A stretch of DNA of 64,000 nt from Vulcanimicrobiota bacterium (lineage in GTDB: Bacteria > Vulcanimicrobiota > Vulcanimicrobiia > Vulcanimicrobiales > Vulcanimicrobiaceae). The position numbers and the translations under genes are program-made. The notes under the pieces were generated by a model. That model was not told the origin of the DNA. It did not search any database and saw only the letters and a list, made by a program, of their open reading frames with translations. Positions 10,159 through 20,037 of this stretch are shown piece after piece (position 1 is the first letter of the stretch; every line of letters begins with the position of its first letter). The stretch lies in assembly GCA_963795855.1 (NCBI GenBank), contig CAWCIZ010000003.1, positions 32,001 to 96,000 of the forward strand, given 5' to 3'.

Positions 10159-11430
10159 CTACCGCGGGGAACGAGATCTCCGAAGTCGCATAGCGAGCAG
10201 AACGAGCGCGGCGACGATCGCCGCAGCCGCGACGCCCGCGGCGACGGGGAGTATCGCCAAACGCCGCTGCAGCCGCGCGCACGCGCCGAAACTCGGCACG
10301 AGCTGCGTCTGGGCGCACCAGTACGTGCGCCACGTGTTCCACGCGATGTCGCGATCGTCCGAGCCCGACATGTACATCGCAGACCAGCGCGCGCGCAGAT
10401 CCGCGTCGTCGCGAAGGCGCGCATGAACTGCAGAGAGCGACTGCGCCGAAAACGCGTTCACGCCGTAGACGCGATCGAACGAATCGGCAGCTTGCCACGT
10501 TTGCGACGGCTCGTCGAATACGTAAGGCGTGTAATCGCGCAGCGAACCGTCGCCAGCAACGTCGAGACGCAAAAACGTGGGATTGTTGTCGTACACGGGC
10601 GATATCGACGGCGCGACCAGCAGCGGAACGTCGCCGAAGAGCCGGAAATCGTCGCGGTGCACGTGCGCTCCGATCGCGAACGCGATGCGGGATGCGCGCG
10701 GCGTAAGCGCGCGAACGAACGCATCCGCGCTGTCGCTGCGCCAAAACGGAACGACGAGGAGACGGTGCGCTTGCAGCGTGCTGTGCGCGTCGACGCCCGG
10801 CGGTATGTGCATGACGACGACGGCGCGCGCGTTCCGCGGCATTGCGTCGAGCGAGCGCTCCAGCCATCGCATTTCGCGCCGCGGCGCGTCGTGAACGTTT
10901 CCGCACGCGCGGTAAAAAACCGACCAGTACACGCTGTCGAGCGCAAGAACGCGCAGCCCGCTCGACGGCAGTCGAGCCGAATACCAACCGTATCGCGCGA
11001 AATTGCGTTCGAATTCCGGCGCGGCGCCGTCGCGGTTCACCAGCGGCGCCCACACGCGCGCGAGAAATGCGAAGTACGAGCTTCCCGGCGTGGCGCGATA
11101 ATCTCCGCACGGGTCGTCGTTGTTGCCGGGAACGATAATGAATTGCGCGCGCGGGAAAGTTACGTTGAAGTCGCGTGCTATGCGGGTCATGGTTTGTTCG
11201 GCCAGGGCCACGTTGCGCGGAAAATGGTGCCGCAGAAAATCTCCGGTGAGGATGACGACTCGCGGGTTCGGATCGGCCTTTCGCATCTCGGCCAGCGTGG
11301 AGTCGAACAACGCCCAGTCCGTGTCCAGAGCGTATGGCGAGGGAACCGTCGTGCCGCTATGGGGGATCACGTGAAAGTCGCCCGCAAGCAGCCAGTGTCC
11401 GAGCAGTACGGCGGCGAAAAGCAGATGCAT
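10159..11430 (-). CDS. Metallophosphoesterase, acid sphingomyelinase-like (SMPDL3), with C-terminal membrane anchor
   Basis: GDFH, TGDFLRH, PGNND, MHIPPG, AHVHRDDF, PSISPVYDNNP. Confidence 0.82.
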   Translation of the reverse strand: MHLLFAAVLLGHWLLAGDFHVIPHSGTTVPSPYALDTDWALFDSTLAEMRKADPNPRVVILTGDFLRHHFPRNVALAEQTMTRIARDFNVTFPRAQFIIVPGNNDDPCGDYRATPGSSYFAFLARVWAPLVNRDGAAPEFERNFARYGWYSARLPSSGLRVLALDSVYWSVFYRACGNVHDAPRREMRWLERSLDAMPRNARAVVVMHIPPGVDAHSTLQAHRLLVVPFWRSDSADAFVRALTPRASRIAFAIGAHVHRDDFRLFGDVPLLVAPSISPVYDNNPTFLRLDVAGDGSLRDYTPYVFDEPSQTWQAADSFDRVYGVNAFSAQSLSAVHARLRDDADLRARWSAMYMSGSDDRDIAWNTWRTYWCAQTQLVPSFGACARLQRRLAILPVAAGVAAAAIVAALVLLAMRLRRSRSPR

Positions 11431-11914
11431 GCGCTACTGGTTGTTCAAAAGTGAGCCGCACGCCTACAGTTTCGAACACCTGCAGAAAGATCGCATCACG
11501 CCGTGGAGCGGCGTGCGGAGCTTTGCGGCCCGCAACAACATGACGGAGATGCGCGCCGGCGATCTTGGCCTGTTCTATCATTCGAGCGTTGCCGAACCCG
11601 CCGCCGTCGGCATCGTGCGGGTCGTCAAAGAAGCGTACCCCGACTTCACGGCCTGGGAAAAAGGCGGCGAATACTACGATCCGCGCAGCACCCGCGCAAA
11701 GCCCATGTGGCAAATGGTCGACGTGGAGTACGTCGAGCCGCTGCAGCACCCCGTGACGCTGGCGGCGATGCGCGCCGAATCGCGCCTGGTCGGCATGGAA
11801 CTGCTCAAAAAAGGGCAGCGTCTCTCGGTCCAGCCCGTCACGCCGCACGAGTGGAAGATCGTGCTGGAGCTCAGCCGCGCGGCGTCCGGTCCTACAGCGC
11901 CTGCGACTGCGTGA
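11429..11914 (+). CDS. EVE domain protein
   Basis: YWLFKSEP, WSGVRSFAARN, FYHS, QRLSVQPV. Confidence 0.92.
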   Translation: MRYWLFKSEPHAYSFEHLQKDRITPWSGVRSFAARNNMTEMRAGDLGLFYHSSVAEPAAVGIVRVVKEAYPDFTAWEKGGEYYDPRSTRAKPMWQMVDVEYVEPLQHPVTLAAMRAESRLVGMELLKKGQRLSVQPVTPHEWKIVLELSRAASGPTAPATA

Positions 11915-13997
11915 GAAAGACTTGCTGCGCGTTGATCGGCATCTGACCCGAAGCGTTCAGACGTCGATAGGTACCGTCGCTCTGCAGTTCGCGCGCTTTC
12001 ACGTTGTCCGCGAAGAGCACGGCCAGAATCTGTCCGTAAATCGTTTCCGCGAGCAGCGGGTCGAGCACCGGCAGCACGATCTCGACGCGCCGGTCCAAGT
12101 TGCGTCCCATCCAGTCGGCCGAGCCGACGTACACTTCCCGATCGCCGCCGTTCTCGAAGACGTAGATCCTGCGAGTGCTCCAGAAACCGGCCCACGATGC
12201 TGCGCACGCGAATGCGCTCGCTCACGCCGGAAACGCCGGGACGCAGCACGCACATGCCGCGCACGTGTAAATCGACCGCTACGCCGGCGTTCGAGGCGCG
12301 ATACAACGCGCGGGTGATTTCGCCGTCCGTTAGCGCATTGAGTTTGGCGCGAATGCCGCTCGGGCGTCCCGCCTTGGCGTGCTCGGTTTCGCGATCGATG
12401 AGGGCAGTAAGTTCCCGCCGCAAGTTGACCGGAGCGACCAGCAAGTCTTCGTAATCGGTGATCTTCGAAAAGCCGGTGAGCGCGTTGAAGAGCTGCGAGA
12501 CGTCGGTGCCGAGCTCCGGCCGGCAGGTGAACAAGCTCAGGTCCGTATAGAGGCGCGCGGACTTTTCGTTGTAGTTTCCGGTGCCGAAGTGGATGTAGCG
12601 GCGAATGCCGTCATCTTCTTGACGAACGACGAGAATGACTTTGGCGTGCGTCTTGAGGCCGGCAAAGCCGTACACGACGTGAACGCCCGCGCGTTCGAGG
12701 CGCCTTGCCCATTCGATATTGTTCTCTTCGTCGAAACGCGCCTTGAGTTCGATCAGCACCGCGACTTGCTTTTCGTTTTCGGCCGCTTCGAGCAGCGCGC
12801 TGACTATCGGCGAATTCTTTCCCGACGTGCGGTATAGCGTTGTTTTTATGGCTAAAACGCGCTCGTCTTCGGCGGCTTGCCGCAAGAATTGCAGCACGGG
12901 GTCGAACGACTCGTAGGGGTGGTGCAGCAAGACGTCCGCTTCACGGATCGTCGCAAACATGTCCGTGACCCCGATGAGACGCTTGGGAATCGCCGGCGTA
13001 TACGGCGGGTCGTGCAACTGCGGATACTCTAGGTTCGCGATGCCCCAGAGATCGCCCAGTCCCATCATACCGTCGATTTCGTAGCAATCAACGCCGCTCA
13101 AACCAAGCGCCTTCAGAAGAAATTCGCGCATGTATTCGGGCATGCCGCGCTCGATCTCCAATCGCACGGGTTCGCCGAACCGGCGGCGCTGCACTCCGAT
13201 TCGATGGCACGCAGCAAATCGTCGGCTTCGTCTTCTTGCAGATCGAGATCCGCGTCGCGCGTCACGCGGAAGAGATACGAGTCGCGCACCTCCATGCCCG
13301 GAAACAGCGCGCTGAGATGGTTGGCGATCAGATCTTCGAGCAGCACGAACCAGCGCTGTCCCTCGGGCGCCGGTTCGACCGGAACGAAACGCGGAAGCGT
13401 CTGCGGAATTTTCACGCGCGCGAAGTGCAGCTCGACGCCTTCAGACGTGACCTCTTCCAATTCGACCGCAAGCGAAAGCGAGAGGCTCGATATGTAGGGG
13501 AACGGATGCCCCGAGTCGACGGCGAGCGGCGTCAGCACCGGAAACACGCGATCGTCGAACGCGCGCTCGAGATGGGCTCGCTGCTCTTCACCGAGATCGG
13601 CGACGCGCCACAGTTTGATACCATGCGCCTCCAGCGCCGGGAACAAGCCGTCGTTCAGTAAGTGGATCTGCCGCGAAAGGGAAACGCGCAAGCGTTCGGA
13701 GATTGCAAGCAGATGCTCGGACGGCGTGCGCCCGTCTTCGGACCGCCGGAACACTTGCGCCTCGATTTGCTGCTTCATCGCCGCAACGCGAATCATGAAG
13801 TACTCGTCCAAGTTCGTGCCGTGGATCGCAACGAATTTGAAGCGCTCGAGCAGCGGAGTACGTTCGTCCAGCGCCTCTTCCAGGACGCGGTCGTTGAACT
13901 CGAGCCATGAAAGCTCGCGGCTGATGTAGTACGCGGGGTCGTCCAGATTGCGAGGAAACGCTTCGGCGGGAACCGGCGCCTGGGAACGTGACAGCAT
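11892..13997 (-). CDS. ppk1: Polyphosphate kinase 1, frameshifts near 13196 and 12170
   Basis: SRELSWLEFNDRVL, HPFPYIS, HHPYESF, ELKARFDEENNI, KTHAK, GTGNYN, GRFLEHS, GSADWMGRNLDRRVE across three ORF pieces. Confidence 0.95.
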
Positions 13998-14039
13998 GTT
14001 TGCACCGGGATTCGACGGCCGGCGAGGAAACACTAGTTC

Positions 14040-14642
14040 GTGAGTTGGGCTGACTTGGGTGCGCACGTAGAAGCCTACTTGGCACTTGCCGCAAGCGCGC
14101 TTTTTCTCGCCGCAGCGGCCGGCATCGCACTCGGACTCGCCGCTTCGCACGTTCCGGGCGCTCGTACGCCCATTCTCGCCCTTACGAATATCGGACGCGC
14201 GCTTCCCAGTTTGGCGCTCCTCACGTTCATGATACCGGTGCTGGGTCTGGGCTTCACACCTGCGCTCGTTGCACTCGTCGTGCTGGCCACCGCTCCGATC
14301 GCGATCACCACCGACGTGGCGTTTCGAAGCGTGCCCGAAGCGGCGCTCGATGCCGCTCGCGGCCTCGGAATGACGCGCGGACAAATGCTCGGGCGCGTAG
14401 AATGGCCGCTGGCCTTTCCAATCGTCTTCTCCGGCGTTCGCACCGCGGCGACGGAGGTCATCGCGAGCGCGGTGCTTGCGGCGTTCATCGGCGCCGGCGG
14501 CCTGGGAGAACTCATCACTACCGGGTTGCAAGCGAACGAACCGGACCGGCTGTGGACGGGCGTCGCCGCGATCGCGATCATCGCTTTGCTGACGGAGTTT
14601 GCGCTGGCGAGCGCGCAGCGCCGGCTAGGAGAAGCCTCTTGA
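14040..14642 (+). CDS. Osmoprotectant/quaternary-amine ABC permease
   Basis: LPSLALL, EAA loop DAARGLGMT, IGAGGLG. Confidence 0.9.
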   Translation: MSWADLGAHVEAYLALAASALFLAAAAGIALGLAASHVPGARTPILALTNIGRALPSLALLTFMIPVLGLGFTPALVALVVLATAPIAITTDVAFRSVPEAALDAARGLGMTRGQMLGRVEWPLAFPIVFSGVRTAATEVIASAVLAAFIGAGGLGELITTGLQANEPDRLWTGVAAIAIIALLTEFALASAQRRLGEAS

Positions 14643-15526
14643 CGATAACACGCCGGCGTCTGCTCGCGCTTGCCGGCGCGGCGCTCGTCATGCCGAACTG
14701 CGGTGCAAAAAGCGGCGCATCGGCGATCCGCGTCGGTTCCAAAAACTTCGGCGAAGACATCACGATCGGCGAGATCTACGCAGCCGCGTTGGAGCGCGCC
14801 GGCATGCCCGTCGAACGTCACATGAACCTGGGCAGCACGCAAATCGCGACCGCAGCCATGCAGCGCGGCGATATCGATCTTTATCCGGAATATACCGGCA
14901 CCGCCCTTATCGACGTGCTGCATTTGCCGCCGATGCATGACGCGGCCAAGCTCTTCGCAACCGTAAAGTCGCAGTACGAGCGCGCGTACGCGCTGACGTG
15001 GCTGCGGCCGTCGCCGGTGAACGACTCACAAGCGCTCGCGTGCACGCAGGCCGTCGCCAAGCGCTACAGGTTGCGCACGCTTTCAGACTGCGCGAAGGCG
15101 GCGCCGCAGCTTCGCCTTGCCGCAATTCCCGAATTCGTCGCGCGGGCGGACGCGCTTCCCGGGCTGCAAAAATTTTACGGCGGATTCCGCTTCAAAGACG
15201 TCAAGACGTTCGAAATCGGCCTGCAATACGACGCGCTGCTGCACGGCGTGGCCGACGTTGCGACGGCGTTCACTACCGACGCACAAATCGCGTCCGACGA
15301 TCTGCTCGTGCTCCGCGACGACAAAGGCTTCTGGCCGCCGTACAACGTCGCCCCCGTCGTGCGCATGGCGGCGCTGCGCGCGCATCCGCGCATTTCCGCC
15401 GTTCTCGACAAAATCGCGCCGCTGCTCACCGACGACGCGGTTCGGAGGTTGAATCTGCAGGTGAACGTGCAGCACGCGGATCCCGCGCAAGCGGCGCACG
15501 CATTTCTTCAGGAGCACGGCGTCTGA
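14639..15526 (+). CDS. Glycine betaine/OpuCC-like ABC substrate-binding protein
   Basis: Twin-Arg-like TRRRLL and a Cys; VGSKNFGE, DLYPEYTGT, FTTD, DDKGFWPPY. Confidence 0.9.
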   Translation: MTITRRRLLALAGAALVMPNCGAKSGASAIRVGSKNFGEDITIGEIYAAALERAGMPVERHMNLGSTQIATAAMQRGDIDLYPEYTGTALIDVLHLPPMHDAAKLFATVKSQYERAYALTWLRPSPVNDSQALACTQAVAKRYRLRTLSDCAKAAPQLRLAAIPEFVARADALPGLQKFYGGFRFKDVKTFEIGLQYDALLHGVADVATAFTTDAQIASDDLLVLRDDKGFWPPYNVAPVVRMAALRAHPRISAVLDKIAPLLTDDAVRRLNLQVNVQHADPAQAAHAFLQEHGV

Positions 15527-16326
15527 ACGCAAACGCGAGTGCGGTCCGGTTCGAGTCGGTCGTCGTTCGCTACCCCGGCGCCGACCGTAACGCCGTCGAC
15601 GGCGTAAGTTTGGAGATTCCGGCTGCGAGCTTCACCGTGCTGCTCGGGCCGTCCGGCTGCGGCAAAAGTACGCTCCTGCGCACGGTGAACCGGCTCGTCG
15701 TGCCGCAGTCGGGTACGGTGCGCGTCGGCGATGCCGACGTCGCGGATCGCGATGCGGTGCTGCTGCGCCGCAGCATCGGGTACGTCATTCAAGCCGTCGG
15801 TTTGTTCGCGCACATGACGGTCGCGCAAAACGTTGCCATCGTTCCCTCGCTCCTGCAGTGGCCGCGCGATCGCATTCAAATACGCGTCGACGAACTGCTC
15901 GACTTGGTCGGACTTGAATCCAAGCGCTACCGCAACCGGTATCCGCGCGAACTTTCGGGAGGCGAACAGCAGCGCGTGGGCGTTGCACGCGCCATCGCCG
16001 CACAGCCGCCGGTGCTGCTGATGGACGAACCGTTCGGCGCAGTGGACGCGATCGTTCGCCGATCGCTGCAAGACGAAATTCGGCGCGTCGCAAGCACGCT
16101 GAAAACGACGATTCTATTCGTGACGCACGACGTCGACGAAGCGCTCCGGTTGGCGAACCGCATCGTGGTGATGCGCGACGGACGAGTGGAGCAGCAGGGC
16201 GCCCCCGAAGAAATTCTTGCCGCCCCCGCGACACCGTACGTCTCCGAGTTGTTCGCGCTGGATCCGGATATGCAGCGATACGACCGGTTGCGCGGCGCGC
16301 TGCGCTCCTCCGCGACTTCCGGATGA
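15523..16326 (+). CDS. ABC ATP-binding protein (OpuCA-like, no CBS domains); start approximate
   Basis: GPSGCGKST, LSGGEQQR, LLMDEPFGAVD, VTHD. Confidence 0.92.
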   Translation: MNANASAVRFESVVVRYPGADRNAVDGVSLEIPAASFTVLLGPSGCGKSTLLRTVNRLVVPQSGTVRVGDADVADRDAVLLRRSIGYVIQAVGLFAHMTVAQNVAIVPSLLQWPRDRIQIRVDELLDLVGLESKRYRNRYPRELSGGEQQRVGVARAIAAQPPVLLMDEPFGAVDAIVRRSLQDEIRRVASTLKTTILFVTHDVDEALRLANRIVVMRDGRVEQQGAPEEILAAPATPYVSELFALDPDMQRYDRLRGALRSSATSG

Positions 16327-16943
16327 GCTACATCCAAAGCCACCTGGGCGAGATCGGCGCGCTTACGCTGCAGCACGTGGCGCTCGTTTTCAGCGGTCTG
16401 GCCATCGCGCTTGCGCTCGCCTCCGCGCTGGCATGGGTTGCTCTTCGCGCGCCGCGGATGGACACGGCGGTGTTCGCAGGCGCAGGCATCGTCTACACGA
16501 TTCCATCGCTCGCGCTGCTCGCGCTCGCCGTGAAGTATTTCGGCTTGGGGTTCTGGCCGGTCGTGCTGATCCTCGCGGCGTACGCGCAATTCATCCTCGT
16601 GCGCAGCATCGTGACGGCGCTGCGCGGCGTTCCCGACGCACAGATCGACGCAGCGCGCGGCCTTGGCATGTCGGCAGCGCAAATCTTTTGGCGCGTGCGG
16701 CTTCCGCTTTCGGCGCCGGTGCTGATCGGCGGCGTGCGGCTCGCCACCGTTGCGCTGGTCGCTATCGCAACGCTCGGCGGCTACGTCGGTGCGGGCGGCC
16801 TCGGAAGCGACATCTTCTTCGGCCTACAGCGCCAATTTCTCGCGCAAACGCTCGCCGGCAGCATTCCCGCGGCGGCGCTCGCATTGCTGGCGGACGCGGC
16901 GCTGCGATTCGCCGAGCGCGCAGCCCGTCACGGCGTGAGGTAG
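16323..16943 (+). CDS. Second osmoprotectant ABC permease
   Basis: YTIPSLALL, DAARGLGMS, VGAGGLG. Confidence 0.9.
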   Translation: MSYIQSHLGEIGALTLQHVALVFSGLAIALALASALAWVALRAPRMDTAVFAGAGIVYTIPSLALLALAVKYFGLGFWPVVLILAAYAQFILVRSIVTALRGVPDAQIDAARGLGMSAAQIFWRVRLPLSAPVLIGGVRLATVALVAIATLGGYVGAGGLGSDIFFGLQRQFLAQTLAGSIPAAALALLADAALRFAERAARHGVR

Positions 16944-19003
16944 TGCTGCAGCCAGTCGTTCAGAATATGCAGGCGCTCCGCGCGGTGGAGTGGCGAACCT
17001 GTGCGTGAAAGATCGTGATTTTCGCCGGGAACGTCGACGTATTGCACGGTGCGTCCCAGGATCTTCAGCGCGGTGAACTCTTGAATCGTTTGACCGATCG
17101 GCGTGCGCGTGTCTTCGTCCGAATGCAGAATCAGCAGCGGCGTGCGGACGTTCTGTACGAAGGTAATCGGCGACTCGGCGTAGTTGCGGCTATTCGGATC
17201 CCAGTACGGACCGAACCCATACGGTGAATCGTACGCGCCGAAGCCGTTGCTGCCGGCGAAGTCCGCGTCGAGCTGTTCAGTGCTCAAGTTGCTGACGGAA
17301 CGCTCCGCGATCGCAGCGCGATACCGATTCGTGTGCGAGATCACCCAGAGCGTCGCATATCCGCCGTAACTGCCGCCGCTCACTGCCAAACGATGCGGAT
17401 CGACGCCGGCAAACGTAATCGCTCGATCCATGACGCGCTGGACGTCGTCGAACATCGCTTCGCCCCAGTGGGCATTGAGTGCCGCCTCGAAGCCGTAGCC
17501 GTGCCCGGTGCTTCCGCGCGGATCCGCAAACACCACGTTGTAGCCCTGCCCCGCGAGATATTGAAATTCGTGAAAGAACGTTTCGCCGAATTGCGTCTGC
17601 GGGCCGCCGTGAATGTCGAGAATCGTCGGACGTTTGCCGTGCGCTTTGGGTCCCACCGCGGGCATGAACCATGCCTGGACGGTGAACCCGGCGTCGTCTT
17701 TCACGGTAAAGGGGCGCGGCTGCGAGACTTGCACGTTCGCGAGATACGCATCGTTCATACCGGTAAGCCGCCTGCTCTTGCCGCTTGCGAGATCCAGCAG
17801 ATACACTTCGCGCGGGTGCGTGAAATCGGAACGCGTGTACGCGGCATAGCGGCCGCGCGAGTCCATCGTGCATTCCGCCGATTCTCCGCTCGACGTGAGA
17901 TTGGTCAACTCGCCGGTGCGCGGGTCGAGTTTGACGAGCGCGCTATACCCAGGCTGCTCGACGTTCGCGAGCGCGAACGCATCGCCGGGTGCGAATTGCG
18001 GACCGCACAAGCCGCCGGGGTCGCCCATGTCCGCAAGGACGCTGTCGCCGAACTGCGTTTGATTTTTGGCGATGACGGCACGCGAACCGGATCCGGCAGT
18101 CGTGCGCATCAGCGCGGGGAACTGCGCCGGGTCCGCGACCCCTCCGCTGAAATACCATACGCCGCCGGCACGATCGTAGCCTAAAAGATAGTTCGCCGGT
18201 TGAGCGGACGCGATTTTTCGCATCCTTCCGCCGGACGAGGGAATCGTGTACACGTCGTTCGGACCGCCGCTAGTCGTGTCGTAGCGTAACGAGTCGAAGG
18301 CGATGGTTTTGTCGTCGGGGGACCACGTTGCATTGCCCTCCGACCAGCGGCTGCCGCTCGTGAGCGCGCGGGTTCCGCTGCCGTCGGCGTTCATCACCCA
18401 AATGTGCGCGTGCTGATCGTAAGTAAAACCGGCGCCGTTCGTTTCGAAAAAGAGATCGTGAATGATGCGAACGTCGGTTTTGCGTTGTGCTTTGCCGGGC
18501 TTGAATCCGGCGGCTTTGAAGTCGACGTACGCGTCGTGCGGCGCGTCCGTGGTGACCACTTCGAAGGCAATGCGTTTGCCGTCGTGCGAGTAGACCGGAC
18601 TGCCGGCGCCGTCTTTGAGATGCGTGATCTGCGCAAGCGCGCCCGATGAAACGGCGTACGTGAAGATTTGCGGGTGCTCGCCCTTCTTCTGCGGCCCGCG
18701 CACGAACGCGATCGTACGGCTGTCCGGCGACCACGCCGGCGAGGAATCGTGGCCGGTATGCGTGATGCGCGTAAGCCCGGCGCCGGTCGTGCGCACCAAA
18801 TACAGATCGCTGTCGTAGCGGTCTTTCGGCCCGTTCATGCGCCGCACTACGAATGCGACGCGCGACCCGTCCGGCGAAATTTGCGGGTCCGAAACGAATG
18901 CCAGTTTATACAAATCTTCGGCGGCTACGGGGCGCTTTGCAGCGGTGCTCGAGATCGGCATGAGCGCGAGCAGCGCAGCGATCACGATATGTACGGCGTT
19001 CAT
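16928..19003 (-). CDS. S9 family peptidase, secreted
   Basis: Signal peptide; propeller repeats (SPDG, WSPD); IHGGP, GGSYGG, DEDTR, GENH. Confidence 0.93.
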   Translation of the reverse strand: MNAVHIVIAALLALMPISSTAAKRPVAAEDLYKLAFVSDPQISPDGSRVAFVVRRMNGPKDRYDSDLYLVRTTGAGLTRITHTGHDSSPAWSPDSRTIAFVRGPQKKGEHPQIFTYAVSSGALAQITHLKDGAGSPVYSHDGKRIAFEVVTTDAPHDAYVDFKAAGFKPGKAQRKTDVRIIHDLFFETNGAGFTYDQHAHIWVMNADGSGTRALTSGSRWSEGNATWSPDDKTIAFDSLRYDTTSGGPNDVYTIPSSGGRMRKIASAQPANYLLGYDRAGGVWYFSGGVADPAQFPALMRTTAGSGSRAVIAKNQTQFGDSVLADMGDPGGLCGPQFAPGDAFALANVEQPGYSALVKLDPRTGELTNLTSSGESAECTMDSRGRYAAYTRSDFTHPREVYLLDLASGKSRRLTGMNDAYLANVQVSQPRPFTVKDDAGFTVQAWFMPAVGPKAHGKRPTILDIHGGPQTQFGETFFHEFQYLAGQGYNVVFADPRGSTGHGYGFEAALNAHWGEAMFDDVQRVMDRAITFAGVDPHRLAVSGGSYGGYATLWVISHTNRYRAAIAERSVSNLSTEQLDADFAGSNGFGAYDSPYGFGPYWDPNSRNYAESPITFVQNVRTPLLILHSDEDTRTPIGQTIQEFTALKILGRTVQYVDVPGENHDLSRTGSPLHRAERLHILNDWLQHYLTP

Positions 19004-19998
19004 GCCGGAGTATAGAGATTTACGCTAAAGCGCTCCTGCGAGTCGGTCCAAGTTCGGTCCAAACGCAGTCCGGCGTGCCGGCCTAGTGCCTTTAGGTCGT
19101 CACTGGAGTATTTGTACGAGCACTCCGTGTGAATTCGCTCGCCGCGTTTGAATCGCACCGTGAGATCGATAGTCTCGATTCGCACTTCGTGCGAGCGCTG
19201 CGCTTCCAAATACGAGGCGACGCAGCCGCGCTCGGGCTCGTACCGCGCGACGTGCCGGAAGTCGCGCAGATCGAACGTTCCGCCCAGTTCGCGGTTGATC
19301 CGCGCCAGCAAGTTCTTGTCGAACGCCGCGGTGACGCCCGTCGGATCGTCGTATGCCTGTTGCAGCATGCGCGGATCTTTTTTCAAGTCTGCGCCGAGCA
19401 AAAGGCCGTCGCCCGGTTTGAGCGATTTGCCGATCGCCGCTATCAGCTCGGCGCCTTTCGGCGGATCGTAATTGCCGATGTTCGAGCCCATGAACATCAC
19501 GAGCATCTTTCCGTTGCGGCGCAGCTCGCGCGTGCCGAGGATCGAGAAATAATCGGCTTCGTACGCGGTCACCGACAGCGCAGGATACGAATTCACGAGT
19601 GCTTGCGCGGATGCGCGCAGCGCTTCGCCCGATATGTCGATTGGCGAATACCGCAGCGCGCGCTGCACGCGCAGCACTTCTTCAATAAGGATACGCGTCT
19701 TGACGGCGCTGCCGCTGCCCAACTCGACGAATTCGACGGGATTGCCCAGCGCGCGGACGATTTCCCAACCCCACTGCTGCAGAATCGCCGTTTCCGCGCG
19801 CGTGAGATAGTATTCGGGCAGAACCGTGATCGCATCGAACAACGCCGAGCCCAGTTCGTCGTAGAAATACTTCGACGAAAGACGTTTCGGCGATTCCGAG
19901 AGTCCCTTCAGCACGTCGTCTGCGAACGAAACCGTCCGGTGCGGTGCGGGGCCGGAGCGAATGTCCAAGCGTCCCGAGGAACCGGTTATCAGATGCAT
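19000..19998 (-). CDS. egtD: Histidine N-alpha-trimethyltransferase (EgtD family)
   Basis: KYFYDELGSALFDAITVLPEYYLTRAE, ELGSGSAVKT, GSNIGN, AYDDPTGVTAAF, IHTECSYKY. Confidence 0.92.
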   Translation of the reverse strand: MHLITGSSGRLDIRSGPAPHRTVSFADDVLKGLSESPKRLSSKYFYDELGSALFDAITVLPEYYLTRAETAILQQWGWEIVRALGNPVEFVELGSGSAVKTRILIEEVLRVQRALRYSPIDISGEALRASAQALVNSYPALSVTAYEADYFSILGTRELRRNGKMLVMFMGSNIGNYDPPKGAELIAAIGKSLKPGDGLLLGADLKKDPRMLQQAYDDPTGVTAAFDKNLLARINRELGGTFDLRDFRHVARYEPERGCVASYLEAQRSHEVRIETIDLTVRFKRGERIHTECSYKYSSDDLKALGRHAGLRLDRTWTDSQERFSVNLYTPA

Positions 19999-20037
19999 GT
20001 GCTGGGAATGATACCACGCGGGAGGAGCAAGCGAATC

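Noticed and set aside
11429..11914. EVE domain as a modification-dependent defence system
   Set aside because: Stand-alone EVE with no adjacent nuclease or toxin, in a housekeeping context.
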